From NCBI GenBank assembly GCA_016937715.1, contig JAFGWA010000005.1, positions 5,040-69,039 on the forward strand: a DNA stretch of 64,000 nucleotides. The letters run 5' to 3'. Source of the DNA: Candidatus Goldiibacteriota bacterium. GTDB lineage: Bacteria > Oederibacteriota > PGYV01. The number at the start of each line of letters is the position of its first letter. Position 1 is the stretch's first letter. Position numbers and translations under genes: made by a program. Shown here in pieces: positions 1 to 9,365 of the stretch. The notes under the pieces were generated by a model. That model worked only from the letters and a program-made list of their open reading frames with translations, had not been told where the DNA came from and did not search any database.

Positions 1-50
1 GCTATCCCGCAGGAAAATAAAACAATAAGCGCCAAAAACGGCCTGTTCAT
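1..50 (-). CDS. 5' end of a membrane protein running off the window, probably ComEC
   Basis: ATG at 48-50 overlaps the comEA stop (ATGA); reads MNRPFLALIVLFSCGI; comEA-comEC adjacency is common. Confidence 0.45.
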   Translation of the reverse strand, partial: MNRPFLALIVLFSCGI

Positions 51-373
51 TGGATTGTAACAAACCTTTTAATCTTTCTATATTTCTTACTTCCAATACC
101 CTTTACTTTCTGCAGTTCTTCAGGCGACTTAAAACCGCCGTTTTCCTGCCTGTACCTGATAATTTTATCCGCGTATGAAGGTCCTATTCCCGGAAGTTTA
201 ATCAGTTCTTCCGCAGGCGCCTGATTAATATTTATAAGCATTTGTTTCGTGGAAGATTGCGGCTGAATACTTGTGGTTTTTGGATTGATAAAAGCAAGAA
301 TAAGAATTCCCGCTATAGCCCCTGTAAGAATAGTAAAAATGACAGACTTCTCTTCTGTAGTGAATGTTCCCAT
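47..373 (-). CDS. comEA: ComEA-family helix-hairpin-helix DNA-binding protein
   Basis: N-terminal TM; ININQA...LPGIGP...II.YR..NGGF...L.KVKGIG motifs. Confidence 0.88.
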   Translation of the reverse strand: MGTFTTEEKSVIFTILTGAIAGILILAFINPKTTSIQPQSSTKQMLININQAPAEELIKLPGIGPSYADKIIRYRQENGGFKSPEELQKVKGIGSKKYRKIKRFVTIQ

Positions 374-477
374 CTCTGGCCCCTCTGTTTTCCGGTTACC
401 CGTTTGTATATTGAATCAGTATTTTATCCCATAGACATCTATCCCATATCCCATAAATAAACCTAAAATCTAAACAA

Positions 478-500
478 CGCACCTTAAAAGGTGCGGCTAC
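478..500 (-). repeat. GTAG-REP-like hairpin (class CGCACC...GGTGCG)
   Basis: Minus strand GTAGCCGCACCTTTTAAGGTGCG; near-copy with shared flank at 30274-30297 on the + strand. Confidence 0.7.
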
Positions 501-566
501 CAATACAAAATATAGCACTTTATCAGATTAAGCAATTAAGCTATAGCTTAAACCGCCGCTTTCCTT

Positions 567-590
567 CCGTCCCTCCGTGCATCCGTCCCT
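567..590 (-). repeat. Octamer array (AGGGACGGATGCACGGAGGGACGG) abutting the pth stop
   Basis: Same units as 47693 and 59529. Confidence 0.7.
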
Positions 591-1166
591 CTATCCTTCC
601 GTCTTTAAATCCTTAAACCTTCCCGCGGATTTTTCGTAGCCAAGCGACGCGAAGTTATGTACAAAATCCTGCAGGTTATCAAACTTCTTTTCAAACTCTT
701 TTTTCTCATCATCCGTAAAAGGCCCAAGCACATAATCCACAACCATACTCTTTCTTTCCGGCCTTCCCACGCCAAACCTTATCCTGGGATATTTGTCCGT
801 GCCAAGATTTTCGGTTATTGACTTTATGCCGTTATGCCCGCCGTCTCCGCCGCCGTTTTTAAGTTTTACCGTAAAAAGAGGAAGGTCCATATCGTCGTGG
901 CATATAAGAATGTCTTCAGGAGAGATTTTGTGTTTTTCCGCGAAAAATTTTACCGCTTCGCCGGACAGGTTCATGTATGTCAAAGGTTTGATAAATAAAA
1001 CAGAAACGCCGCGGATGCTTTTTGTCGCATACGCGGCGTACTTGTTTTTCTCTGTAAACGAAAATCCCAGCTTTGACGCCAGAAAATCCGCGAACATGAA
1101 GCCCACATTGTGCCTTGTGCCTTTGTACTCTGTTCCCTTGTTTCCCAGGCCGGCTATAAGCTTCAT
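591..1166 (-). CDS. pth: Peptidyl-tRNA hydrolase
   Basis: LIAGLGN, TRHNVGF, KPLTYMNLSG, GGHNG motifs. Confidence 0.97.
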   Translation of the reverse strand: MKLIAGLGNKGTEYKGTRHNVGFMFADFLASKLGFSFTEKNKYAAYATKSIRGVSVLFIKPLTYMNLSGEAVKFFAEKHKISPEDILICHDDMDLPLFTVKLKNGGGDGGHNGIKSITENLGTDKYPRIRFGVGRPERKSMVVDYVLGPFTDDEKKEFEKKFDNLQDFVHNFASLGYEKSAGRFKDLKTEG

Positions 1167-1177
1167 GGCTTATATTG

Positions 1178-1909
1178 TTATTTTTTCTTAGCTGCAGGTG
1201 CCGCTTTCGCCGCAGGCGCCGCTTTTGCTCCCGCTTTTCCCGCTGCAGGCGCCGCTTCTTCAGCTTTTGGCGCGCCTTTAATAACTTCAGGTTCTTTACC
1301 CGCTTCAGCCGCAGGCGCACCTTCCGCTCCCGGTACTGCCGCAGCTTCCACCTTGATTCCCTTAACAATTACAACAGGGAATTTTGGGTTATCCATTATT
1401 TCCACGCCTTCTTTTAACTTAATATCCGAAACTTTAATTTCGTCATTAATCATAAGCGCGGAAACGTCAAGGTCTATCCTGCTTGGAAGGTCTTTAGGGA
1501 AACATTTTACGTTAATGTGCCTTGCAATGTGTTCCAGAACTCCGCCGGCTTTAACGCCTTCCGCAAGCCCTGTTGTAAACACAGGCACATCAAACCTGCC
1601 TTTTTTATTGTCAGTTACAGCATGCAGGTCAGCATGAATAATTTCATCCGTGACAGGGTGCCTTGAAACTTCTTTAATAATTACTGTCTTTTCTTCTTTT
1701 TTGTCGTGGTCGGTAAGTTTCAGGGTGATAAGAATAGTCCCTTCCTGAAGCGTCTTAACGGTTTTTTCGATATCCTTAATCCTTATCTCTATCGGCATGG
1801 TCTTTGTTTCCTTGCCGTAGATTACAGCCGGAATCTTTCCTTCTTTTTTCAGTTTCTTTACTGACGCATTTTCCTGTCTTACTTCCGCCTCTATTGTTAC
1901 TTTTTCCAT
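1178..1909 (-). CDS. rplY: 50S ribosomal protein L25/Ctc (long form) with Ala/Lys-rich tail
   Basis: GKIPAVIYG, HPVTDEIIHAD, GVKAGG; prs-rplY-pth synteny. Confidence 0.95.
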   Translation of the reverse strand: MEKVTIEAEVRQENASVKKLKKEGKIPAVIYGKETKTMPIEIRIKDIEKTVKTLQEGTILITLKLTDHDKKEEKTVIIKEVSRHPVTDEIIHADLHAVTDNKKGRFDVPVFTTGLAEGVKAGGVLEHIARHINVKCFPKDLPSRIDLDVSALMINDEIKVSDIKLKEGVEIMDNPKFPVVIVKGIKVEAAAVPGAEGAPAAEAGKEPEVIKGAPKAEEAAPAAGKAGAKAAPAAKAAPAAKKK

Positions 1910-1957
1910 TTTAAAACTCCTCCTATCGGAATGTTACGCTGTATTCAAGGTTATGTA

Positions 1958-2923
1958 TTACCTGAACAGCTCACTTATGGTCTGCTCGTCGTGTATCCGC
2001 TTTATGGCTTCGCCGAATAACTTTCCGACTGACAGTACCTTTATTTTTTTCACTTTTTCGCGTTCTGCCTGGGGAATGGTATTTGATACCACCACTTCCA
2101 GTATCTCTGAATCATTTATTTTTTCAACTGCCTGACCGGAAAATATCCCGTGCGTCATGCACGCGTATATTTTTTTAGCGCCTTTTGCCTTTAAAAACTT
2201 TGCAGCCTGCACAAGCGTGCCGCCCGTGGCAATCATGTCGTCCGGTATAATTACATTCTTTCCTTTTACATCGCCTATTATGTGCATGGCCTCCACTGAT
2301 TCAGGCCCGCTTCTCTTTTTATCAACAATAGCTATCGGGGTATTTAATTTATCGGCAAAGTACCAGGCGCGTTTTACGCCGCCGATATCTGACGCTGCCA
2401 CGACAAAATTATCCTTTTCCACCATTTTTCTGAAATAATCTATAAAGACCGGAGCCGCTAAAAGGTGGTCCACCGGTATGTCAAAAAATCCCTGTATCTG
2501 GTCGGCGTGCAGATCCATTGTCAGTATTCTGTCAGCGCCGGCTACTGTAAGTACATTTGCCACAAGTTTTGCCGTGATAGGCACCCTGGGCTGGTCTTTT
2601 CTGTCCTGCCTGGCATAACCGTAATAAGGCAGTACCGCTGTTATCCTTCCCGCGGAAGCGCGCTTTAAAGCGTCCATCATTACCAAAAGTTCCATTAAAT
2701 TATCATTTGTGGGCATGCAGGTGGACTGAATTACAAATACATCCGCGCCGCGCACGTTATCGTTTATTTTTACCCTTATCTCGCCTTCAGGAAACCTTCC
2801 AACAAACGCGTCCGCAAGTTCAACGCCCGCGTTTTTAACTATTTCTTTTGAAAGATTAAGGTTGCTTGTGCCCGAAAATACAAGCAGCCTGTCTGTCCTG
2901 TGCCCTTTTTTAGCTTTTTTCAT
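1958..2923 (-). CDS. prs: Ribose-phosphate pyrophosphokinase
   Basis: PYYGYARQDRK, DLHADQIQGFF, DDMIATGGT; start 2923 chosen (2953 possible). Confidence 0.97.
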   Translation of the reverse strand: MKKAKKGHRTDRLLVFSGTSNLNLSKEIVKNAGVELADAFVGRFPEGEIRVKINDNVRGADVFVIQSTCMPTNDNLMELLVMMDALKRASAGRITAVLPYYGYARQDRKDQPRVPITAKLVANVLTVAGADRILTMDLHADQIQGFFDIPVDHLLAAPVFIDYFRKMVEKDNFVVAASDIGGVKRAWYFADKLNTPIAIVDKKRSGPESVEAMHIIGDVKGKNVIIPDDMIATGGTLVQAAKFLKAKGAKKIYACMTHGIFSGQAVEKINDSEILEVVVSNTIPQAEREKVKKIKVLSVGKLFGEAIKRIHDEQTISELFR

Positions 2924-2925
2924 AA

Positions 2926-4362
2926 TTATTTCTTTCTCCTCTTTTTTACCCATCCTGTTTTTGTTTCCTGCCTGGGCCTTGCAATTGCCAAAGAATCATC
3001 CGGCACGTTATCCGTTATTACGGAACCCGCGCCAATTACCGAATTTTTTCCTATTTTAACCGGCGCCACAAAAACCGAATTGCTTCCGACATACGCGCCG
3101 TCACCTATGACTGTTTTGTTCTTTTTTACGCCGTCATAATTTGCGGTAATGGTGCCCGCGCCTATGTTGACGTTACTGCCAATTTCCGAATCGCCGATGT
3201 AGCTTAAATGCGCGACGTTGGTATTATTGCCTACAGTGGAATTTTTTACTTCCACATAATTTCCTATCTTGCAGTTATTTCCGATTACAGCGCCCTGCCT
3301 TAAATGCGCCGAAGGCCCTATACTGCAGTTTTTTCCAATTTTTACCCCTGACTTAATTACCGTAAAAGGGTGAATAACAGTTTCATTACCTATTTCAACG
3401 CCTTCTTCAATGTAAACCGTGTCAAAATCAACAATAGTTATACCATTTTCAGAAAGCTTTTCAAGAACTTTTTTATTTCTAATCTTTGCCGCCTCCGCAA
3501 GTTGAGCCCTGCTGTTCACGCCCGCAAGCTCCCTGTAAGGTACATCCACGGGAATAAGCGGCCTGCCTTCAGCGTACATTAAAGCCGCTATATCCGTCAG
3601 GTAATATTCGCCTTTTGCCTTATTTACCTTTATTTTTTCAAGGTTTCTTTCAAGGCTGTCTTTCCTTATTATATATATGCCGCCGTTTATAACTTTAATT
3701 GTCTTTTCGCGGTCATCGGCGTCTTTATCTTCAACAATACGCATTACATAATCTTCGCTGTTTCTTACAATCCTGCCGTAACCGGCCGGATTTTCGGCAA
3801 AAGAGACACCAATTATACCACCGTCACTTTTCTTTGTAAACATTTTAATTAAATAACTGACTGTATCAGCCGTTATAAGCGGCGTATCCCCGCTTAATAT
3901 CATTACCCCGTCTTTTAAGGGAATTTTCGCCTTAATCACCGAATTCACGGCGTCTGCCGTTCCAAGCTGTTCTTTCTGCAGTACAAATCTTATATTTTTT
4001 CCGTTATACCGCGCTGCGGCAAAACTTTTAAGCTGCTGCATATTGGCGCCGGCTACAACGGTGATATCAGAAACCCGCGCTTCAAGGCACGCGTCAATAA
4101 CGTGCGCCAGCATTGGTTTTCCGCTTACTTCATGCAGGACCTTTGTTTTGTCCGATTTCATCCTTGTGCCTTTTCCGGCGGCAAGAATTACGGCGGAAAT
4201 TCCGTTGACGGGTTTAATTATTTTTTCTGTTTTTAAAGCCTCAACACCGTCAGAACTTTCAGCGCGCTCTTTGCCCGAAAAAAACGCGACATCTATCTCC
4301 ATTTCTTTGCCTTTCAGGTTTTTGCCCACTTTGTACTTTTCGTTATTCCGCTTGTTTTTCAT
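2926..4362 (-). CDS. glmU: Bifunctional GlmU (uridyltransferase / acetyltransferase)
   Basis: ILAAGKGTRMKS, QLGTADAV, GEYYLTD, HLSYIGD, NIGAGTITANYDG; start uncertain (4302/4362/4401). Confidence 0.94.
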   Translation of the reverse strand: MKNKRNNEKYKVGKNLKGKEMEIDVAFFSGKERAESSDGVEALKTEKIIKPVNGISAVILAAGKGTRMKSDKTKVLHEVSGKPMLAHVIDACLEARVSDITVVAGANMQQLKSFAAARYNGKNIRFVLQKEQLGTADAVNSVIKAKIPLKDGVMILSGDTPLITADTVSYLIKMFTKKSDGGIIGVSFAENPAGYGRIVRNSEDYVMRIVEDKDADDREKTIKVINGGIYIIRKDSLERNLEKIKVNKAKGEYYLTDIAALMYAEGRPLIPVDVPYRELAGVNSRAQLAEAAKIRNKKVLEKLSENGITIVDFDTVYIEEGVEIGNETVIHPFTVIKSGVKIGKNCSIGPSAHLRQGAVIGNNCKIGNYVEVKNSTVGNNTNVAHLSYIGDSEIGSNVNIGAGTITANYDGVKKNKTVIGDGAYVGSNSVFVAPVKIGKNSVIGAGSVITDNVPDDSLAIARPRQETKTGWVKKRRKK

Positions 4363-4366
4363 TCTG

Positions 4367-4627
4367 TTATTTACCGCACGATCCGTCTTTTGAATGTTCA
4401 CAGGCAGAGCAGGATTCTTTGTTTCCTTCTTTTATGTTGTTTTCCTTCCTTTTATAATCGGTCTCATAAAAACCGCTGCCTTTAAAGATTATTCCGCTTC
4501 CGCGGCTTACAAGCCTTTTTATATTGCTGCCGCCGCAATTGGGGCACTTTTCAAAAGCATCATCTTTAATTGACTGTTTGTACTCAAATACACCGCATTT
4601 TTCGCATTGGTAATCATAAGTGGGCAT
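4367..4627 (-). CDS. FmdB-family zinc-ribbon protein
   Basis: MPTYDYQC..C...CPNC...FKGSGFYETDY. Confidence 0.9.
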   Translation of the reverse strand: MPTYDYQCEKCGVFEYKQSIKDDAFEKCPNCGGSNIKRLVSRGSGIIFKGSGFYETDYKRKENNIKEGNKESCSACEHSKDGSCGK

Positions 4628-4641
4628 CTTTTTTTCCTCCG

Positions 4642-4803
4642 CTACCTGAATCTTTTATGTTCAAAATCCGCGCATTTTTTGGAATTGGGGCGTTCCGGAT
4701 GCGCGCATGTGGAAGGGTGGTTAAGCCTGCATACGTCGCACAGAAAACCGTTGTCAATTTTTATTAACAGTTTTAAAAACGCGTTCTTAAGCTTTTTTAA
4801 CAT
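4642..4803 (-). CDS. 53-aa Cys-rich small protein (absent from the ORF track)
   Basis: MLKKLKNAFLKLLIKIDNGFLCDVCRLNHPSTCAHPERPNSKKCADFEHKRFR; SD AAGGCGG; fills the gap between promoter and fmdB-like gene. Confidence 0.7.
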   Translation of the reverse strand: MLKKLKNAFLKLLIKIDNGFLCDVCRLNHPSTCAHPERPNSKKCADFEHKRFR

Positions 4804-4828
4804 TTATCCGCCTTATCTCTTTTGAAGG

Positions 4829-4856
4829 ATTATATTACATACCGCCCAAAAGTCAA
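4829..4856 (-). promoter_or_regulatory. Sigma70-type promoter for the small ORF-fmdB-glmU-prs-rplY-pth run
   Basis: TTGACT-N16-TATAAT. Confidence 0.65.
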
Positions 4857-4874
4857 GAGAACCATAAATAAAAC

Positions 4875-5954
4875 CTATTTTTTCAGTTTTTCGTTTATCT
4901 GTTTTACCAGTTCTTCCGCCATCTTTTTGTTGGCTTTTGCATTTGGATGCCAGTCACAACCCATCAGTTCCTGGGGTACGGGAGATAATGACACAAAATG
5001 CGTTTTATTATCCTTGAAACGTTTTATAATGCTATTTAAATATTCCGGCAGCGGGGCTCCCATTATCGGGCCTGATACGCAGAATATATCCGCCTGCGGA
5101 TAATAACCGCGCACTGTGTTTAAAATTGAAAGGTACCCTTTTTCAAAAAGCTCCCTGTCCGGTTTAGGTTCCGTGGATAAGTCATTTGTGCCAAGGTTAA
5201 TTACCACTATTTCCGGTATCCACGATTTAAAATCCCATTCCAAGGAATCTATATTCATTAAAGTTTTTTTGTAATAATAACCAACGGGCTTATCCGCCGG
5301 AATCTTTGATTCGCCGTAATTTTTTACCACGCCGCGCCCGGAAATGGCAATCATATGCGCCTGGGCGCCCAGGACGCGCGAAGTAATGGAGGCAAAAGAC
5401 AGAAAATTATTCTTATATTTTTTCTCGCTGCCTTCTTCACAGGTAACCGAAGGCCCTTCTATACCGTAACCCACTGTAAGCGAATCGCCTATAAACTCTA
5501 TCTTCTTTGCGGGCTTCACCGGAGGCGGCAATACCTTTGCTTTCTTATCAAGTATGAAACCCTTAAAAACACCTATGCCGTCGTATGCTTCCGTCCTTTT
5601 GGTGATAATTACCGAATGCGCGCCGCGTTTTAGCTTTTTTGCTATGACATACTTTTTTATTTTAGCATCCGCCACAAGCACCGGCATGCGCGTGCCGTCA
5701 ATAAATACATTGTAATGGTTTGCCCCGTCTTCAAGCATTACAGCGCAGTATGTGCCTTCAAAATTAAACGCTATTTCAATGCCGGGCCAGTCAAATTTTG
5801 GCGCGTTTTTATCCGTAAAATCAATACGCCCGATATATGATATACCCGGATCAGACGGCAGCACCGTTTTTACGCCGTTTTTAAAACCGTAAAAAATACC
5901 GCCCGCAAAAGCAGCGGCGCCGATTACCAGAAGAAGCAGTATTTTTTCCATCAT
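4875..5954 (-). CDS. SGNH/GDSL esterase, carbohydrate esterase family 2-like
   Basis: FDWPG, KRTE, IEFIGDSLTVGYG, INLGTND, DWHP. Confidence 0.88.
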   Translation of the reverse strand: MMEKILLLLVIGAAAFAGGIFYGFKNGVKTVLPSDPGISYIGRIDFTDKNAPKFDWPGIEIAFNFEGTYCAVMLEDGANHYNVFIDGTRMPVLVADAKIKKYVIAKKLKRGAHSVIITKRTEAYDGIGVFKGFILDKKAKVLPPPVKPAKKIEFIGDSLTVGYGIEGPSVTCEEGSEKKYKNNFLSFASITSRVLGAQAHMIAISGRGVVKNYGESKIPADKPVGYYYKKTLMNIDSLEWDFKSWIPEIVVINLGTNDLSTEPKPDRELFEKGYLSILNTVRGYYPQADIFCVSGPIMGAPLPEYLNSIIKRFKDNKTHFVSLSPVPQELMGCDWHPNAKANKKMAEELVKQINEKLKK

Positions 5955-6673
5955 TATCCCCTTTTCTGTTTCTTTTCTTTTTTCTCCGCGTGAAGTTTTT
6001 CCGCGTACACTTCTATCAGTTTATGCACAACGCTTTTGCCAAGGTATTTTTCCAGCTGCTCGGCAAGCGAAAACGCCGCCACCACATCCATTTTCCCGGA
6101 AACGCATCCAAGCGCGCAGGTCTGCTGCGAAAGGTAATACCCGTTATGCCCGCAAATGGTGGTTACAAATATTTTTTTATCTACTTTTATGGTTTCAAGC
6201 GGCCACGAATAGCACACCGCCGGCTTGTATTTGGCGCGGTTAAGCCCTTTTTCTATGCATATTAAATCTATAAGGCAAAGCAGCGCTTTTCCTTTAATAA
6301 CTGACAGCATACAGCTGCCGTCTTTTCTGTGATTAAGGTATATGCCGCTTTTATCCTTTTTAAAGACTTTTTCTTTCAGCACCCACGGATATTTTTCCGC
6401 GAATTTTTCTTTATTGTCTTTTATAAACTTTTCAAGCTTTTTTCTCTCTTTTGGCTCTATATCCACCGTGTAATCGGTACAGCAGGACCCATGGTATTTT
6501 TTACCTTTAAGTTTAAGGCACTTGGAAGAGTCACATTCGTACGTGGTGTGAAACAGGCTGTAAGTGTCAAAAATATAATTGTCAAATTCCACCAGCCCGC
6601 CGTTTTTTCTAAGAATGCTTATGTACTGTTTCAGTTTCGCCTTGTTGTTGGGTATGTGAATAATTGTTTTCAT
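5954..6673 (-). CDS. Cys-rich DUF3109-like protein
   Basis: C-x4-C...CC, C, C, KPAVC..WP pattern. Confidence 0.6.
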   Translation of the reverse strand: MKTIIHIPNNKAKLKQYISILRKNGGLVEFDNYIFDTYSLFHTTYECDSSKCLKLKGKKYHGSCCTDYTVDIEPKERKKLEKFIKDNKEKFAEKYPWVLKEKVFKKDKSGIYLNHRKDGSCMLSVIKGKALLCLIDLICIEKGLNRAKYKPAVCYSWPLETIKVDKKIFVTTICGHNGYYLSQQTCALGCVSGKMDVVAAFSLAEQLEKYLGKSVVHKLIEVYAEKLHAEKKEKKQKRG

Positions 6674-6722
6674 ATAACCGCCGTTTTTATTATTTAACAA
6701 ATTAAAACAAGCATATTATAAC

Positions 6723-6765
6723 AAAAAAACGGGCGGCGCGCACTAAAAGCGCACCGCCCGTTTTT
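6723..6765 (-). terminator. Intrinsic terminator
   Basis: AAAAACGGGCGG...CCGCCCGTTTTT hairpin after the TM2 gene. Confidence 0.75.
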
Positions 6766-6779
6766 ATAAAAATTTAGTA

Positions 6780-6974
6780 TTAATCAAAAAGCATTTTTTT
6801 CTTCGTAAGCAGAAGTATAAGGTCAATTAATGTTCCTGTACCCGCAAACCCTACCGTAAAAAACCAGATAAGCCCGGAAACTATCTTTCCATTATAAAAC
6901 CTGTGCAGTCCCGCAAGCCCGAAAAACCCCGCACAACAAAGCAAGATGGTAATTGTTTTTTTGTCTGCCGCCAT
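6780..6974 (-). CDS. TM2-domain membrane protein
   Basis: G.AGLHRFY.GK..SG..W..T.G..G.G.LIDL. Confidence 0.88.
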   Translation of the reverse strand: MAADKKTITILLCCAGFFGLAGLHRFYNGKIVSGLIWFFTVGFAGTGTLIDLILLLTKKKMLFD

Positions 6975-7007
6975 TTATACGCCTCCTGATTTTTTTTTAT
7001 TGATTTA

Positions 7008-7397
7008 TTATAGCACCTGTTTATTGATTTTCAACCCTGTTAATTTACTGACAGCACCGCTGTCCGCGGGCGCAAAATCATACTTCATCAGGCTGCGGAT
7101 TTCCGCCCACTTATACTCTTCATGAACATTAAGCTTTATATCCCCTGCCGTTATTTCGCATAAATAAGAGGTTAACTCTATTGATTCGGATTTTGTTATT
7201 TCAAATTTTTTTCCCACTTTTATATCAAGGTCAAGTTCTTCTTTTATCTCGCGTTTAAGGCAGGCTTTAAGGGATTCGCCTTTTTCCGTCTTGCCGCCGG
7301 GAAATTCCCACTTTAACCCGTGGCTGTCGCCTTTGGCGCGTTTTGCTATAAGTACTTTCTTTCCTTTAATAATTACCGCCGCGGCCACCTTTATCAT
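7008..7397 (-). CDS. NUDIX hydrolase, MutT/NudG-like
   Basis: WEFPGGK.E.GES...CL.REI.EEL Nudix box; FAPAD. Confidence 0.9.
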   Translation of the reverse strand: MIKVAAAVIIKGKKVLIAKRAKGDSHGLKWEFPGGKTEKGESLKACLKREIKEELDLDIKVGKKFEITKSESIELTSYLCEITAGDIKLNVHEEYKWAEIRSLMKYDFAPADSGAVSKLTGLKINKQVL

Positions 7398-7978
7398 TTA
7401 ATAAAACCTTTATCCGCGCACTCTTTTATCAGGCTTTCCGCGTATTCCCATAATTCATCAGAGCCGTTTTTAATATGGCCGTTCAGTTCAAGAATCCGCT
7501 CTTTGCTTATTTTATGCTCTGCCCACGCGCCGCCATTATGGGCGTGGTTCTGCATTATGGGCTCCAGCCTGTCTATGGCTGCCGCGAATTTCGCTTCCGG
7601 GGTTTTCTTTTCTTCAAACTCCCGCCAAAGCGCTTTTAGTTCATCTCCCTGCGGCTGCGGCAGCATTGCGAATATCTTATCAGCGGCCGCTGTATCTTCA
7701 GCGCTTATCTCCCCCTGTTTTTTGTTGTACACCATTATGTCGCCGGCATAAATCTCCGGCAGGTCGTGCACAAGCGCCATTTTAATCACTTTATTTACAT
7801 CAATTGCGGTGTTTGAATACCCCGACAGGATGACTGCCATCATGGCAAGGTGATAGGAATGCTCCGCGTCGTTTTCATGGCGGGAATTATCAAAAATGCG
7901 GGTCTTTCTGAATATTGATTTTAGTTTGTCTATTTCTTTTATAAATTCAAGCTGTTTATGCAGTTCAAAATTTATCAA
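7394..7978 (-). CDS. HD-domain hydrolase (YfbR/HDDC2-like)
   Basis: ENDAEHS, VHDLPE, W.EFE...TPEAKFA..IDR; TTG start inferred. Confidence 0.88.
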   Translation of the reverse strand: MINFELHKQLEFIKEIDKLKSIFRKTRIFDNSRHENDAEHSYHLAMMAVILSGYSNTAIDVNKVIKMALVHDLPEIYAGDIMVYNKKQGEISAEDTAAADKIFAMLPQPQGDELKALWREFEEKKTPEAKFAAAIDRLEPIMQNHAHNGGAWAEHKISKERILELNGHIKNGSDELWEYAESLIKECADKGFIK

Positions 7979-7982
7979 ATTT

Positions 7983-8348
7983 TTATTCCAGAGCGGCAAG
8001 ATAATCTTTTGCTTTTTCAGCGTCATCAAATGTAACAAGATTTTTTCTGCCGGTAAAAGCCACAACGCCCTTAAAGACCACTTCGGTTATGCCTTCCATG
8101 CCTATTATCGCGGATGCTTTTATATACGGTGTATTATCCTTTACAAAGTCTTTCATTGCAGCCACAGCCGCCCTGTCATATTTTGTCCTGCTTATATTTA
8201 CAAGGGCAAGCACGGAACCTTTTGGCTGGCTTGTAATTATCTTCTTTGCTTCAGCAAGAAGCCCCGGCAGCTGTGCCGGAGTGCTTTCGGAATAGTCCTC
8301 ATATAAAATTTTTTTACCTTTATGTTCGAAAAAACTTACGCCCGCCAT
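7983..8348 (-). CDS. STAS/SEC14-like (SpoIIAA-like) hypothetical protein
   Basis: HKGKKILY.D, F.D.E.AK.YL C-terminal pattern; SD GGAGG. Confidence 0.6.
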   Translation of the reverse strand: MAGVSFFEHKGKKILYEDYSESTPAQLPGLLAEAKKIITSQPKGSVLALVNISRTKYDRAAVAAMKDFVKDNTPYIKASAIIGMEGITEVVFKGVVAFTGRKNLVTFDDAEKAKDYLAALE

Positions 8349-8415
8349 AGAAACCTCCTGATAATGGTTTAGTTACACCATAATAACATCAGGATTATTT
8401 GAAGGCAAACATTTT

Positions 8416-9264
8416 TCAGTTGTTTTTCCACTCATTGTACCAGCCGTTTAACAGGGGTACAAATTCAGACACAGCTTTCTGCTGCCCTGCAACGCTTGGG
8501 TGGTTGTCTGTGGAGGGATAATATAAAGTATTTTGGCTGTTAGCCACAACATGGTGTTCTGCGCTGTTTATTACCATATGGTGGTTGTCAGGGTGCGTCA
8601 GCACATTGTAATAATCATAGGCGTATACGTTACCGTGAGTGTAATTTTTAAGCCAGCCGTTTTCCCTGTCCGCAAGCCAGTTGGATATTTCCCTTGTTAA
8701 AAGCGGGTCTTCAAGCACCTGCTCCGGCGGCGGGATTATGAGGATAAAAAGTTTGTCTGTATGCAGCGCTGTATATGTAAGAATATTATTATAAATTATT
8801 TTTTCGTCGTCGATAGACCCTTCAATTTCGCTGTTAGGGTAGCACGACTTGAACATTATTATTTCATTTTCACCCGCAGGTTCGGTTATTGTGTTTGTAT
8901 AACAGGTGTTTGAGTTTTCATCATATACATACGGCATCACTTCATCCCTGAACCAATTCGGCCAGTCTTCGGTATCGGTATAGGAACCCTGGTCATAGCC
9001 CGGGTCATTCCAGTTGTAATTTGTATCGCTGACAAAGTAATTATTCGCGTTAAGCGCGGTTCCCAGCCCGCCATAAGACGATTCAAGCCAGTGTTGCCCT
9101 GTGCTGTGGTGGATAAAAATAAGCTTTACCGCGGATGACGGCGCCGCGGTGTTTAGGATTTCCGATTCACCGGAAGGATTGGTTACTGCCGCCGGATTTT
9201 TTCTGTCAGAGCATGAAAATAAAAAGAACAAGCAGAGTAAAGCCGCAACAAATTTAAATTTCAT
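8416..9264 (-). CDS. Lipoprotein, SGNH-like hydrolase of unknown function
   Basis: Lipobox LFSC; FIHHSTG, MFKSC.P.S, D.HP motifs. Confidence 0.6.
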   Translation of the reverse strand: MKFKFVAALLCLFFLFSCSDRKNPAAVTNPSGESEILNTAAPSSAVKLIFIHHSTGQHWLESSYGGLGTALNANNYFVSDTNYNWNDPGYDQGSYTDTEDWPNWFRDEVMPYVYDENSNTCYTNTITEPAGENEIIMFKSCYPNSEIEGSIDDEKIIYNNILTYTALHTDKLFILIIPPPEQVLEDPLLTREISNWLADRENGWLKNYTHGNVYAYDYYNVLTHPDNHHMVINSAEHHVVANSQNTLYYPSTDNHPSVAGQQKAVSEFVPLLNGWYNEWKNN

Positions 9265-9310
9265 AATAACCCCCTGTTTTTTACCGCCCCCGGTAAAACA
9301 ACGCATCAGT

Positions 9311-9338
9311 TATGACAACACATAAAGATATTAGTTTC
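9311..9338 (-). promoter_or_regulatory. Candidate ECF-sigma promoter
   Basis: GAAACT-N16-GTCATA, resembles 41880-41908. Confidence 0.4.
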
Positions 9339-9365
9339 GTTTAAGTTTAATTTCAGCAAAAATAA

